Shown here one piece after another: positions 20,880 to 30,949 of a stretch of 64,000 nt of DNA. The notes under the pieces were generated by a model. The model saw only the letters and a list, made by a program, of their open reading frames with translations. It was not told the DNA's origin and did no database searches. The position numbers and the translations under genes were made by a program. Origin of the DNA: Candidatus Eiseniibacteriota bacterium. Lineage in GTDB: Bacteria; Eisenbacteria; RBG-16-71-46; SZUA-252. Location of the stretch: contig OY969801.1 in the NCBI GenBank assembly GCA_963703225.1, forward strand, positions 512,001-576,000, read 5' to 3'. The first letter of the stretch is position 1. Each line of letters begins with the position of its first letter.

Positions 20880-22816
20880 CGCGACGGATCACCTTGCGTG
20901 CGGTGTGGACCATCGCGGCCATCCTCGCGCTCCTCGGGGCGACGCCGGCCAAGGCGCAGAAGAGCTCGCCCAACCCGAGCCTTGCCGCCATATCAGACCG
21001 GGAGGGTGCGCGGGATACGACCGGCCTCTCGGTCTTCCTGCTGGAAGACGCGACGCCCAAGGTGCGCGCCGCCGCGGCGGTCGCTTTGGGCCGCATCCAG
21101 GATCGGGGGAGCGTTCCGGCGCTGACGCTCGCGCTTCGCGACCGGGTCGTCCTTGTGCGGCGGGAGGCGGCGTTTGCCCTAGGGCTGGTGGGGGATTCCC
21201 TGGCCGCGCCCGCGATCGTGCAGCGGCTCCGCGCCGAGCCGGATGTGACGGTCCGTGCCTCGCTGGTCACGGCGCTCGGCATGCTCGGCGCCCGCTCGGC
21301 CGGCCCCGCCCTGGCGAAGTCGCTCCGAGCGCCCCACGCCACCGAGCGGTGGGCCGCCGCGCTCGCCGCGGCGCGCGCGCGGGATTCCTCGCTGGTCGAG
21401 CCGCTCGCGGCCGCGGCCAAGGACGCGCGGCCCGAGATGCGGTGGCGGGTTGCCTATGCGCTGGGACGGATCGGGGATCGACGGGGGTCGGCGGCTCTCA
21501 GGCGTCTCTCCACGGACAAGATCGACATGGTTCGCTACAGCGCGGCGCGAGGCCTGGGGGAGGTGGGAGACTCCGCCGCGGCGCCGAGGCTTGTGGCGCT
21601 CCTCGCCGACAGCTCGTGGCGGGTGCGCGTGAACTCGGCTCACGCGCTCGGCGCGCTCCAAGCGAGGCGGGACGCGCGGTCGCTTCGTCCGCTCCTCAAA
21701 GATCCGAGCCCGCACGTCCGCTGGGAAGCGGCCTTGGCGCTCGGCGCGATCCGCGATTCGGCCGCCGTTCCCGCATTGACCGCGGCCTTGCAAGATAGCG
21801 CGAGCGGCGTGGTGCAAGGTGCCGCGACCTCGCTCCTCTTGATCGAGGGGGATCGCGCGGTTTCCAAGATCGCGCCCGCGATCGACCTCCTGCCTGGGTT
21901 TCTCCGCTCGGGGCTGATGGAGTCGCTCGGGCCGGTGGAGGGTCCTCTGTCGCTCGAGATGCTCCTGGCGCGCGCGAAGGACGCGACCGACGCCCCGCAG
22001 ACCGCGGGCGCCTGCTCCGGGCTCGCGCGGCGTCCCGCGGACAAGGACCAGTCGGTCCCGGTCCTCCGCGCGCTCCTCGTCGGGCCGCACGACTACACGG
22101 TTGTTTGCTCGGCCATGGAGGCGCTCGGCACGCTCGGCGACAGCGTTTCGGTTCCGGCCATCGCCGGTCACATGACCCGATTCGGCGGCTCCGATGACGC
22201 GGACCTCCGCGCGTCGGCGGCCACGGCGCTCGCGGCGCTCAAGACGGGGCCGGCGCTCGACGCGCTCCGAGCCGCGCGGCTCGATCCCGAATACCGAATC
22301 CGGCAAACCGCGACGGCGGCCCTCGGCCTTCCGCCCGATTCGGTGGGTGCGCTGCCCGCGCCGGTCCTGAGGGTGGAGGCGGTCCGGTCCTCCCCCGCGA
22401 CCTCGGCCACGGTGGAGACCGAGCGCGGAACGATCCGGATCGCGCTCGACGCGGAGCACGCGCCGCGTACCGTCGAGAACTTCGCGCGCCTCGCGAAATC
22501 GGGCTACTTCGATGGCCTCGCGTTCCACCGGGTGGTACCCAATTTCGTCGTGCAGGATGGCTGCCCTCGAGGCGACGGATGGGGCGGGCCCGGCTACTCG
22601 ATTCCGTGCGAGTACAACGCGCTCCCGTACGAAGTGGGGACGGTGGGGATGGCGCTCGCGGGGAAGGACACCGGTGGGAGCCAATGGTTCATCACCCTCT
22701 CGCCTCAGCCGAGGCTGGAGGGCCGCTACACGGTCTTCGGCAGGCTGACGTCCGGAATGGCGGTCGTCGAGCGGATGATGCCGGGAGACAAGATCGTCCG
22801 CGTCACGGTGCGATGA
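20864..22816 (+). CDS. Exported HEAT-repeat protein with a C-terminal cyclophilin-type PPIase
   Basis: Signal peptide, many VR..AA.ALG repeats, FHRVVPNFVVQDG and GKDTGGSQWFI. Confidence 0.9.
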   Translation: MRDGMTRRITLRAVWTIAAILALLGATPAKAQKSSPNPSLAAISDREGARDTTGLSVFLLEDATPKVRAAAAVALGRIQDRGSVPALTLALRDRVVLVRREAAFALGLVGDSLAAPAIVQRLRAEPDVTVRASLVTALGMLGARSAGPALAKSLRAPHATERWAAALAAARARDSSLVEPLAAAAKDARPEMRWRVAYALGRIGDRRGSAALRRLSTDKIDMVRYSAARGLGEVGDSAAAPRLVALLADSSWRVRVNSAHALGALQARRDARSLRPLLKDPSPHVRWEAALALGAIRDSAAVPALTAALQDSASGVVQGAATSLLLIEGDRAVSKIAPAIDLLPGFLRSGLMESLGPVEGPLSLEMLLARAKDATDAPQTAGACSGLARRPADKDQSVPVLRALLVGPHDYTVVCSAMEALGTLGDSVSVPAIAGHMTRFGGSDDADLRASAATALAALKTGPALDALRAARLDPEYRIRQTATAALGLPPDSVGALPAPVLRVEAVRSSPATSATVETERGTIRIALDAEHAPRTVENFARLAKSGYFDGLAFHRVVPNFVVQDGCPRGDGWGGPGYSIPCEYNALPYEVGTVGMALAGKDTGGSQWFITLSPQPRLEGRYTVFGRLTSGMAVVERMMPGDKIVRVTVR

Positions 22817-22866
22817 AGCGATCGGCCGGCTACCGCCCGGCCCAGGCCGCCCGGCGCCGCCCTTAG

Positions 22867-23760
22867 CTAGGCGAGCGCGAGGAGCAGCCGCTCGAGAAGC
22901 TGGCGGAGCGGCGTCGCCGCGCCTTGCACCGCGGCGGTGACCTCGGCGTGGCTCAACCGCTCCGAGCCCTTTCCGGCCGCCCAGTTCGTGATGCAGGAGA
23001 TCGCCGCGACCGGGAGCCCGATGCTCGCGGCGAGCGATGCTTCCGCGGCCGTCGACATGCAGACCGCGTCCGCCCCCATCCGCTCGAGCATCGCGATCTC
23101 CGCCGGCGTCTCGTACGACGGGCCGAGCATGACGCCGAGCACGCCCCGCTCTGCCCGCACGCCCGCGACCGTCGCGGCGCGCGTCGCCTTCTCTAAGAGT
23201 TCGGTCGAGTAGGTCGGCCGCGCGTCGAGGCCGCGGGGCCCAGCCGGAGGTTTGAGCGCGTCGGGCCCGAGCGTCTCGGGCGTCCCGGAGCGCGTCGGGG
23301 CGCGCCACTGGAGATTGACCTGATCCTCCACCAGCATCAGGCTCCCCGGGGTCATCCGGCGCGCGATGCCCCCCGCCGCGTTGGTCAGGACCACCGCCTT
23401 GGCGCCCAGCGTCGCGAAGAGCCGAACCACGCGGGTCACCTCTTCGGCGCTATATCCCTCGTAGAGGTGAGAGCGTCCCTGCGCGACCACCACCGGACGC
23501 CCGGACCAGCGACCGAGGAGGAGCCGCCCGGGGTGTCCCGCGACGGTCGAGCGGGGAAGCCCGGGGACTTCCGAGGTCGGGATGGTCGCCTCCCACGCGA
23601 CGCCCTCGGCCAGGACGCCCAGGCCGCTCCCCAGCACGACCGCGGTGCGCGGCACGAGCGTCGTCCGCTTCCGAATCACGCGGAGCGCCTCGTCGGGGTC
23701 GAACGGTGGGAGGGGACGGCCCTCGAGTGCCTTCCCGAAAGCGGAGGGCTTGGCGATCAC
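22867..23760 (-). CDS. punA: Purine nucleoside phosphorylase (PNP I family)
   Basis: VLGSGLG, STVAGHPG, GRSHLYEG, TNAAGG, GPSYETPAE, MST and CITN. Start at GTG 23760. Confidence 0.9.
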   Translation of the reverse strand: MIAKPSAFGKALEGRPLPPFDPDEALRVIRKRTTLVPRTAVVLGSGLGVLAEGVAWEATIPTSEVPGLPRSTVAGHPGRLLLGRWSGRPVVVAQGRSHLYEGYSAEEVTRVVRLFATLGAKAVVLTNAAGGIARRMTPGSLMLVEDQVNLQWRAPTRSGTPETLGPDALKPPAGPRGLDARPTYSTELLEKATRAATVAGVRAERGVLGVMLGPSYETPAEIAMLERMGADAVCMSTAAEASLAASIGLPVAAISCITNWAAGKGSERLSHAEVTAAVQGAATPLRQLLERLLLALA

Positions 23761-24642
23761 AGCACGTCGGGATCGGTTCCCGCCTGCGGCGACGCCGAGA
23801 GCCTGAGGCTTCGTCGAGAAAACAGGATGAGGTAGAGGAGCGCGATCAAGAAAGGCGCCGCGTCGAGGGCGATGGTGGCGCCGGGCAGGGCGCCCCCATA
23901 GGGTCTGAGAGTGCGGAGCAACGCCGGCCCCGCCGCGAGCATGACTCCGGCGAGAATGGTCCACCGTCCGGCGATGGCGCACGCGAGCGCCACGATCCCG
24001 AGTGCGATGGGCGGAGCCTCCGGGTGCGCCCGGAGGAGGAGCGCCGCGGCCGGCACCGTCCAGAGCGCTCCGATCGCGAGCGCGGAGAGGCGGTAGGCCG
24101 TCGGGCGGGAGCCGAGGACGCGCCACGCCGGATTCTCGCCGAACGCGCGGAGCCTTAGCCCATACGGCGTGTGCCAGAGGATCCACGAAGCGAGGGCGAT
24201 CACGAGCGGCGTCGCCCAGAGCCAGGGGTTTCCGAGGAGATCCTCCGCGTAGGTTCCATCGAAGACGAAGCCGCGGACCAATCCGGGCGGCGGCGATTCG
24301 GTGAAGAGGCGGAGGCCTCCTGCTCTCGACAGGATTCCCACCGCGCAGGCCGGGGCCAGGCTCAGCGTAAACGCGCCGATGGCGGGATCGGCCCGCAGCA
24401 GGTGGACCAGCGTCCCCGCGGCGACCCCGAACGCGGCGGCGCTCCCCGCGGCGATGAGGCAGGCGAGCGGGTAGTTCCCGGTCCATTCGTAGCCGAGCAG
24501 GAGTCCCAGCATCGCCGCCGCGACGCAGCCCTCGACGCCCAGCCCCGAGAAGCCCGAGCGCTCCCAGTAGAGGCAAGCGACGACCAAGAGGGCGAGCGCG
24601 GCCCACTCGATCGGAAACTGGAGTAGCGGGGACCCAGTCCAG
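23757..24642 (-). CDS. ABC transporter permease (nucleoside/simple-sugar type), divergent
   Basis: ERSG...LGVEG and TPYGLRLRAFGENP motifs with TM helices. The 5' end is uncertain: TTG 24587, or CTG 24642 with a 1-nt frameshift. Confidence 0.75.
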
Positions 24643-24662
24643 CGGCGGCTCGCTTTCCCCGG

Positions 24663-25302
24663 TCAGCCCGTCTCGCGGAGCAGGGCGCGGATCTTGGTCT
24701 TGATGAGATCGATGGCGACCACGTTGTAGCCGCCCTCGGGAATGACCAGGTCGGCGTAGCGCTTCGAGGGCTCGACGAACTGGAGGTGCATCGGCCGCAC
24801 GGTCGACTCGTACTGGCGGATCACCTGATCGAGCGTTCGGCCCCGCTCGGTGAGATCGCGCTTGAGCCGGCGGATAAATCGGATGTCGGGGTCGGCGTCG
24901 ACGTAGAGCTTGATGTCCATGAGCTGGCGGACCGCGGGGTCGTCGAGGATCAGGATCCCGTCGAGGATCATGACCCTTCTCGGCTTGACCCGGACCGTCT
25001 GCGGGCTTCGCGTGTGGGTGCGCATCTCGTAGATCGGCATGTCGACCTCGCGCGCCGCCGAGGAGCGCCTCGAGCTGCGTGCGGAGGAGGTCGCGGTCGA
25101 ACGCGTCGGGATGGTCGAAGTTCCGCATCTCGCGCTCGCCGAGCGGGATGTTTCGGAGGTCCCGGTAGTAGGAGTCCTGCTCGACGATCAGGACCTCCTC
25201 GCTCCCCAGGTCCTCCGAGATCGATTGGGCGACGAGCGTCTTGCCGGCCCCGGTGCCGCCCGCGATGCCGATCAGGATCCCGCGCCGGTTCGCCGCGGGC
25301 AT
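24663..25302 (-). CDS. udk: Uridine kinase (one frameshift near 25055)
   Basis: [30 protein letters not shown] and [10 protein letters not shown]. Confidence 0.93.
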
Positions 25303-25305
25303 CGG

Positions 25306-25860
25306 CTAGGCCGCCCCCGAGGATTGGGGGGCGTGCTCGGTCTCAAGCTCCGCGGGGGAAATGGCCGCGATGTAGGGGAGATGGCGGAATCGCTCGGCGA
25401 AGTCGAGCCCGTATCCGACGATGAAGCGGTCCGGAACCTCGAAGCCGACGTAGTCGAGTGGCACCTCCCGCTCGCGCCGCTCCCTCTTGTCGAGGAGCGT
25501 CGCGATGCGAAGGGCGCGCGGCTTTCGCGCCAGGAGGGTATCGCGCAGGAAGGCGAGCGTGTGTCCGCTGTCCACGATGTCCTCGATCAGGATCACGTCC
25601 CGACCCTTGATATCGCGCTCCAGGTCCTTCACGAGTCGCGGCGCGCGGCTCGATTCGCTCGATCGACCGTACGATGTGACGCTGACAAAGTCGATTTCGT
25701 GGGGAATCGGGATGGCCCGCATCAGGTCGGCGACGAAGAAGATGCACCCGTTGAGGACCCCCACCAGGAGCGGGGTACCCTGGGGGTGGTCGCGCGCGAT
25801 CTGCTTCCCCAGCTCGCAGATGCGTCGCTGGATATCGGCCGTTCCGATCAGGACTTCCAT
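25306..25860 (-). CDS. hpt: Hypoxanthine phosphoribosyltransferase
   Basis: IEDIVDSGHTL, LLDK and FIVGYGLD. Confidence 0.95.
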   Translation of the reverse strand: MEVLIGTADIQRRICELGKQIARDHPQGTPLLVGVLNGCIFFVADLMRAIPIPHEIDFVSVTSYGRSSESSRAPRLVKDLERDIKGRDVILIEDIVDSGHTLAFLRDTLLARKPRALRIATLLDKRERREREVPLDYVGFEVPDRFIVGYGLDFAERFRHLPYIAAISPAELETEHAPQSSGAA

Positions 25861-25895
25861 GGGTCGAGCGGCGTCTCCGGGTGGGATTTGGGCGC

Positions 25896-25924
25896 ACTCT
25901 ACCACCCGACCGGGGGGGTGTCAA
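25896..25924 (-). promoter_or_regulatory. Sigma70 promoter for the hpt operon
   Basis: TTGACA-17-TAGAGT with an extended TG. Confidence 0.65.
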
Positions 25925-26025
25925 ACCGGCCCAGGGGGTCTTCATTCGGGCGCAAGTTCCTCTGGAACACGCCGATAGAGATGGTGGATCGAGCGAGCCC
26001 TCTGGGAGGGACCGAGGAGGAATTC

Positions 26026-26417
26026 GTGAAGGAGACGATCGTCGTCGAGAGGAGGGGCCGCCAGCGTCGGCGGACCGACCGGCGCGCCGCGGGCCGGATC
26101 GGAGCAGTCAGCTCTACTGGATGCTCTGGGGCGTCGGCCTGCTCAACTACACGGACGCGGCTCAGACGGTCTACCTGCTCCACGTGAAGCTCATGGTGGA
26201 GGCGAATCGGTTCATGGCCTTCCTCATGGAGCACTCGCCCTACACGTTCTGGATGTACAAGACGCTGGTGCCGTCGCTTGGCTGCGTCCTCCTCTGGCGC
26301 TACCGCAAGCGGGTGAAGTGGCTCTACGGCGCGGTGATCACCGTCTTCGCGGTCTACCTGACCGTTGTCATTCGGAGCTTCCTCTACATGATGCTTCCGA
26401 TCGGCCCGCACGCGTAG
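26026..26417 (+). CDS. Small membrane protein, DUF5658-like (frameshift near 26100)
   Basis: SD GAGGAGG before GTG 26026, an Arg-rich ERR..RR.DRR N-terminus, then LN..D...T..L...EAN.FM...K in the next frame. Confidence 0.65.
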
Positions 26418-26640
26418 CGAAGGGGGGCCACTCCCGGCCCGTCCACGGCGTTCGATCTCCTGCATCCGACGCCGATCGTGCGGAATCCAAGAGACAGGCA
26501 AATCGCGCGATCCTTCAGCGGAGAGCCAAAACCCCCATCCCGCGCCGATTCCCCTTCAAAGCCGGTAAACGATTCCAAATATGAAACTTGGACCCCCAAT
26601 ACCGGACCCTGTCCGGGCGGGTCGAATCCGCATTCCGCCA

Positions 26641-26656
26641 TGGCATGGGACCTGCT
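26641..26656 (+). promoter_or_regulatory. Candidate sigma54 promoter
   Basis: TGGCATG-GGAC-CTGCT at canonical GG/GC spacing, 55 nt before an SD-preceded ATG. Confidence 0.6.
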
Positions 26657-26710
26657 CATTCCGAGGTAGAACGGCGGCACCCAACGGATTGGGGACTGGA
26701 GGACGACATC

Positions 26711-27520
26711 ATGGGCAGCTCGAGTCCGCGCTATCTCAAGCTCACGACCGGCACCGAGGGCGCAGCGCCCCAGGTCCAGGAAGACGTGGGCTTCTTCTTC
26801 ATCAATAACTTCCTCTTGTCCCGGATCGACTCGGACTTGCCGTCCGATCTCGCGGAGTACGACGAGGATGTGAACGTCTACACGGCCGCACTCCTTTCCG
26901 GTGTGGTCTCCGGCCGGGAGGACATGCTCCGCGCCGATCTCGTCGCCACCCACGACGCCGATGTCTTCGCCCGGGTCCAGGAGAGCAAGGACCAGCGCTA
27001 CCGGTACCGCGTCTACAAGGCCAACGCCGATTTCCTCTACGTCTCGCTCGGGGTCTTCAGCGAGACGTGCGCGGGCGTCGAGCCGGCGCGCGCTTCGGAG
27101 GACGAAGCCCGGCGTCTCACCGGGCGAGGCAAGTCCTACTACCAGTTCGCCTCGGCCTACGCGGAGCGGCTCTACGGCTCGCACGCGGGAATCACCGAGG
27201 TGATGGACAAGCTTGCGCGGAATTTCGAGGCGTACACGAGGGTCATGACCTGGATGAGCGGCGAGTATCTGAACCTCGTCCGGCGGTTGAGCGAGGGCGA
27301 GGTATTCCACATCGAGCGGCTGGCCCAGGAGCGATTCGCCGGCGAGCATCGCCGCCACACGTGGGACGCGTTCCTCGACAACTACGTCGAATGGCAGAAG
27401 ACCCACGCCAGGGATGCGCGCCGCCGCCTGATGCGCGCGGCCCGGGAGCTCAAGCGGATCGATCCGAGTTTCTCCCTCAAGGCGTTTCGCGAGAAGTGGG
27501 GCCCCACTCGCCGACCGTAG
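26711..27520 (+). CDS. Soluble helical protein of unknown function
   Basis: SD GGAGG and typical GC3 codon bias. No motif I can assign. Confidence 0.8.
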   Translation: MGSSSPRYLKLTTGTEGAAPQVQEDVGFFFINNFLLSRIDSDLPSDLAEYDEDVNVYTAALLSGVVSGREDMLRADLVATHDADVFARVQESKDQRYRYRVYKANADFLYVSLGVFSETCAGVEPARASEDEARRLTGRGKSYYQFASAYAERLYGSHAGITEVMDKLARNFEAYTRVMTWMSGEYLNLVRRLSEGEVFHIERLAQERFAGEHRRHTWDAFLDNYVEWQKTHARDARRRLMRAARELKRIDPSFSLKAFREKWGPTRRP

Positions 27521-27545
27521 ATCGCCCCCCGCGCGTCGCGCGCGT

Positions 27546-27574
27546 TTGACACTCCCTCCACCCTCCAGTAGGTT
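27546..27574 (+). promoter_or_regulatory. Sigma70 promoter for the hom operon
   Basis: TTGACA-17-TAGGTT, 10 nt before the ATG. Confidence 0.65.
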
Positions 27575-27584
27575 GGACCGACCC

Positions 27585-28902
27585 ATGCCAGCCCCCATCC
27601 GGCTCGGATTGATCGGCTGCGGCGTCGTCGGCTCCGGGTTCCTTCACCTGCTCCACGAGCGGGCGCGCGACGTCGAGTGCGCCGTGGGCGCGCCGCTTCG
27701 GGTCACGCGCGTGGCCGTGGCCGATCCCAAGAAACGCCGGGAGGCCAATCTGAGCGGCGCCGCGATCGGCGGCGACGCGATGGCTGTGGCCGCCGCCGAG
27801 GACGTCGATCTCCTCGTCGAGCTGATGGGGGGCGCCGACCGATCGCTGCCGCCCGTCGAGCGCGCGCTCGAGCGCGGTCTCCCCGTCGTGACCGCCAACA
27901 AGCACCTGATCTCGGTCTACGGCGCAAAGGCTGGAATCGACCGCCGCGCGATCCGGCGCCACGCTCCGATACGAGGCCTCGGTCGGCGGCGTCATCCCGG
28001 TGCTCCAGGCGCTCGATCACGGGCTTTGCACGGAGCGGTTCCAGCTCCTCGTCGGGATTCTGAACGGCACGACGAACTTCATTCTCTCGACCATGGAGCG
28101 GGAAGGGCGCGACTTTGCCGAAGCGCTCGACGCGGCGAGGAAGCTGGGTTTCGCCGAGGCCGATCCGTCGCTCGATCTCTCCGGCGCCGATACCGCGCAA
28201 AAGCTGACGATCCTCGTCCGAAGGGCCTTTCGGATGTCGGTGGAGCACGGCTCGATCGCGACCGAGGGGATCGTCGGCATGGAGCTGGAGGACCTCCGCC
28301 AGGCGGATCGATTTGGATTCGTGGCGAAGCTCCTGGGCATCGCGATCCGGACGCCGACCGGGCTCGATCTTCGGGTCCACCCCGCGTTCATACCCAAGCG
28401 GTACCTGCTCGCCGCCGTCCGCGACGAATTCAATGGCGTCTACCTGCGCGGGGAGGCAGCGGGCTCGATGCTCCTGTACGGCAAGGGCGCGGGCGCGCTC
28501 CCGACGGCGCAGGCGGTGCTGGGGGACGTCATGATGTCGGCCCGGGAGTGGGCGTGGCGGAAGGCCGCGGCGGGTGCCGCGCAGCCGCACTCCGGCGCGC
28601 TCGCCAATCCCATCGATGGCTCTCTAAACCGGCTCTCGCTCGACGACGTCCGGACCAAGTACTACCTTCGCCTTCTGGTCGAGGACCGCCCCGGCGTTCT
28701 GGCGCAGATCGCGACCCGGCTGGGAAGCGCGGGGGTGAGCGTCGCCCAGATGTTCCAGGAGTCGGGCGTCCGCGGCCAGGCCTCGATCACGATGTTGACG
28801 CACGAAGCGCGGGACAAGGACGCCCGCGACGCCATTCGCGGGATTGCTGAGCTTCCGGCGATTCGGAAGGCGCCGCGGGCCGTCCGCATCTTCGACATAT
28901 GA
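27585..28902 (+). CDS. hom: Homoserine dehydrogenase with ACT domain (frameshift near 27927)
   Basis: GCGVVG, VVTANK, YEASVGG, GILNGTTNFIL, GFAEADP and GKGAG. Confidence 0.93.
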
Positions 28903-29957
28903 GCGCGTGGCGCGGCGTCATCCGCGAGTTCCGCGAGATTCTTCCGCCCATCCCCGACTCGGCGGTCGTGACGCTCTTGGAAGGAAACACCCCGCTTCTT
29001 CCGGCCCCTTCGCTCGCGAAGCGGATCGCGCCGGGCCTCACGCTTCATCTCAAGATCGAAGGGCAGAATCCGACCGGCTCCTTCAAGGACCGCGGCATGA
29101 CCGTCGCCGTCTCCAGGGCCAGGGCCGCGGGCGTCGAGGTGATCGTCTGCGCCTCCACCGGAAACACCTCCGCCTCCGCGGCGGCTTACGCGGCCCGCTG
29201 CGGGCTCCGCTGCGCCGTGGTGATTCCGGAGGGGCAGATCGCGCTCGGAAAGCTGGCGCAGGCGATGGTCCACGGGGCGCGCGTGGTCGCCGTGCGCGGG
29301 AATTTCGACGCGGCGCTCGATCTGGTCCGCGGGTTGGGGAAGGAGAGCGCCGTCGCGGTGGTCAACTCCATCAATCCGGACCGGATCGAGGGACAGAAGA
29401 CGATCGCCTACGAGATCGTCGCCGCGCTCGGCGGCAGCGCCCCCGACGTCCACGCGCTTCCGGTGGGGAACGCCGGGAATATCACGGCGACCTGGAAGGG
29501 GTACGAGGAGCGCCGGCTCGCCTCAGGCGGCTCCAGCCCGAGAATGCTGGGGTTTCAGGCCGAGGGCGCGGCACCGATCGTCCGCGGCGCGCGCGTCGCC
29601 GAGCCGAAGACCCTCGCCACCGCGATCAAGATCGGAAATCCGGCTTCCTGGAAAGGAGCCCTGGAAGCGCGGGATCGATCGGGGGGCGTCATCGAAGCGG
29701 TGAGCGACGATGAGATCGTCGCCGCCTACCGAGCGCTGGCCGACCTGGAGGGGGTCTTCGTGGAGCCCGCGTCCGCAGCGGGCATCGCGGGCCTCCTCAA
29801 GCTGGGCGCCCGCGGCGCGCTGGCGGGGGTCAAGACCGCCGTCGCGACCGTCACGGGGCACGGGCTCAAGGATCCCGAGCGCGCGGTCGCGGTCTCGCCG
29901 AAGGTTCAGACCGTGGACCCCGATCCCGCCGTAATCAGGAAGCTAATCCTCGGATGA
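28899..29957 (+). CDS. thrC: Threonine synthase
   Basis: NPTGSFKDRG (PLP lysine), CASTGNTS, PVGNAGN and GHGLKD. Confidence 0.96.
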   Translation: MSAWRGVIREFREILPPIPDSAVVTLLEGNTPLLPAPSLAKRIAPGLTLHLKIEGQNPTGSFKDRGMTVAVSRARAAGVEVIVCASTGNTSASAAAYAARCGLRCAVVIPEGQIALGKLAQAMVHGARVVAVRGNFDAALDLVRGLGKESAVAVVNSINPDRIEGQKTIAYEIVAALGGSAPDVHALPVGNAGNITATWKGYEERRLASGGSSPRMLGFQAEGAAPIVRGARVAEPKTLATAIKIGNPASWKGALEARDRSGGVIEAVSDDEIVAAYRALADLEGVFVEPASAAGIAGLLKLGARGALAGVKTAVATVTGHGLKDPERAVAVSPKVQTVDPDPAVIRKLILG

Positions 29958-30934
29958 AGCGGCGCGCGGTCCGGCCCCGTCGCGCGCGCCGACGCCCGAG
30001 CGGCGCGGCCCGGCACGGCATCCAGCTTTGGTCCGCCACCGTTCCCGCCTCCACCTCGAACATCGGTCCCGGCTTCGATTGCCTCGGCCTCGCGCTCCAG
30101 CTCCCGCTGGTTGCCGTGGCGCGGCGGATTCCGGATGGTTTTCGGATCGAGCGATTCGGAGAGGGAAGCGATCTCGCCCTCGACCCGAACCGCGATCCGA
30201 TCCTCTCGGCATTTCGCTCCATCTGCCGCCTCGCGGACGAGCCGGTCCCGACCGTCGCGCTCTCCGTGCGATCCAAGATCCCTGTCGCGCGGGGCCTCGG
30301 CTCGAGCGCGGCCGCCATCGTCGCCGGGCTCGCGCTGGCCAACCACTGGCTCGGCCGCCGGTTCTCCCCCTCGGAGCTCTTGGATGAAGCGGTCCGGCGG
30401 GAAGGGCACCCGGACAACGTCGCCCCCGCCCTCTTGGGCGGGTTCATCCTCTCGTTGCCGCGGGAGGCGGGAGGGATCGAGCCCATTCGCCTGCCCCGTC
30501 CGCGAGGGATCGCGATGACGCTGGTGGTCCCGGAAGTGCGGGTGAGCACCGAGAGGGCGCGCGCGATCCTCCCCAAGACGATCCCTCTCGAGGCCGCGGC
30601 CCAAAACACGGCCCGGGCGATGGCGCTTCTCCATTCCCTCGCCCGAGGACGCGTCGATCTCTTGGCCGATGCGCTCCGGGACGTGTACCATGTGCCGCGC
30701 CGCTCGCGACTCATCCCGGCGTTCGACGCGGTCGTCGACGCGGGGCTTCGCGCGGGAGCGGTCGGCGTCACCATCAGCGGCAGCGGGCCGACCCTTCTCG
30801 CGCTCCACCCGCGCGGCGCGGGCGGGCAGGTCGGCGCGGCCATGGTCCGCGCATTCGCCCGCGCCGGCGTCCGCGCCCGCGCGATCCCGGGAAGGATCGC
30901 GGTCCGCGGAGCAGTCACCCGCACTCTCGGCTAG
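29954..30934 (+). CDS. thrB: Homoserine kinase
   Basis: VPASTSNIGPGFD, RGLGSSAA, EGHPDN and SGSGP. Confidence 0.95.
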   Translation: MKRRAVRPRRARRRPSGAARHGIQLWSATVPASTSNIGPGFDCLGLALQLPLVAVARRIPDGFRIERFGEGSDLALDPNRDPILSAFRSICRLADEPVPTVALSVRSKIPVARGLGSSAAAIVAGLALANHWLGRRFSPSELLDEAVRREGHPDNVAPALLGGFILSLPREAGGIEPIRLPRPRGIAMTLVVPEVRVSTERARAILPKTIPLEAAAQNTARAMALLHSLARGRVDLLADALRDVYHVPRRSRLIPAFDAVVDAGLRAGAVGVTISGSGPTLLALHPRGAGGQVGAAMVRAFARAGVRARAIPGRIAVRGAVTRTLG

Positions 30935-30949
30935 GAGCCCCATCGCAGA

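Noticed and set aside
22867..25302. 811-aa ORF that looks like a Udk-PNP fusion
   Set aside because: Produced by the udk frameshift. The middle is off-frame Arg/Gly/Pro-rich text over the real udk C-terminus and permease, and PNP has its own GTG start.
27521..27584. Thr leader-peptide attenuator before hom
   Set aside because: The promoter sits 10 nt from the start codon, leaving no room for a leader peptide.
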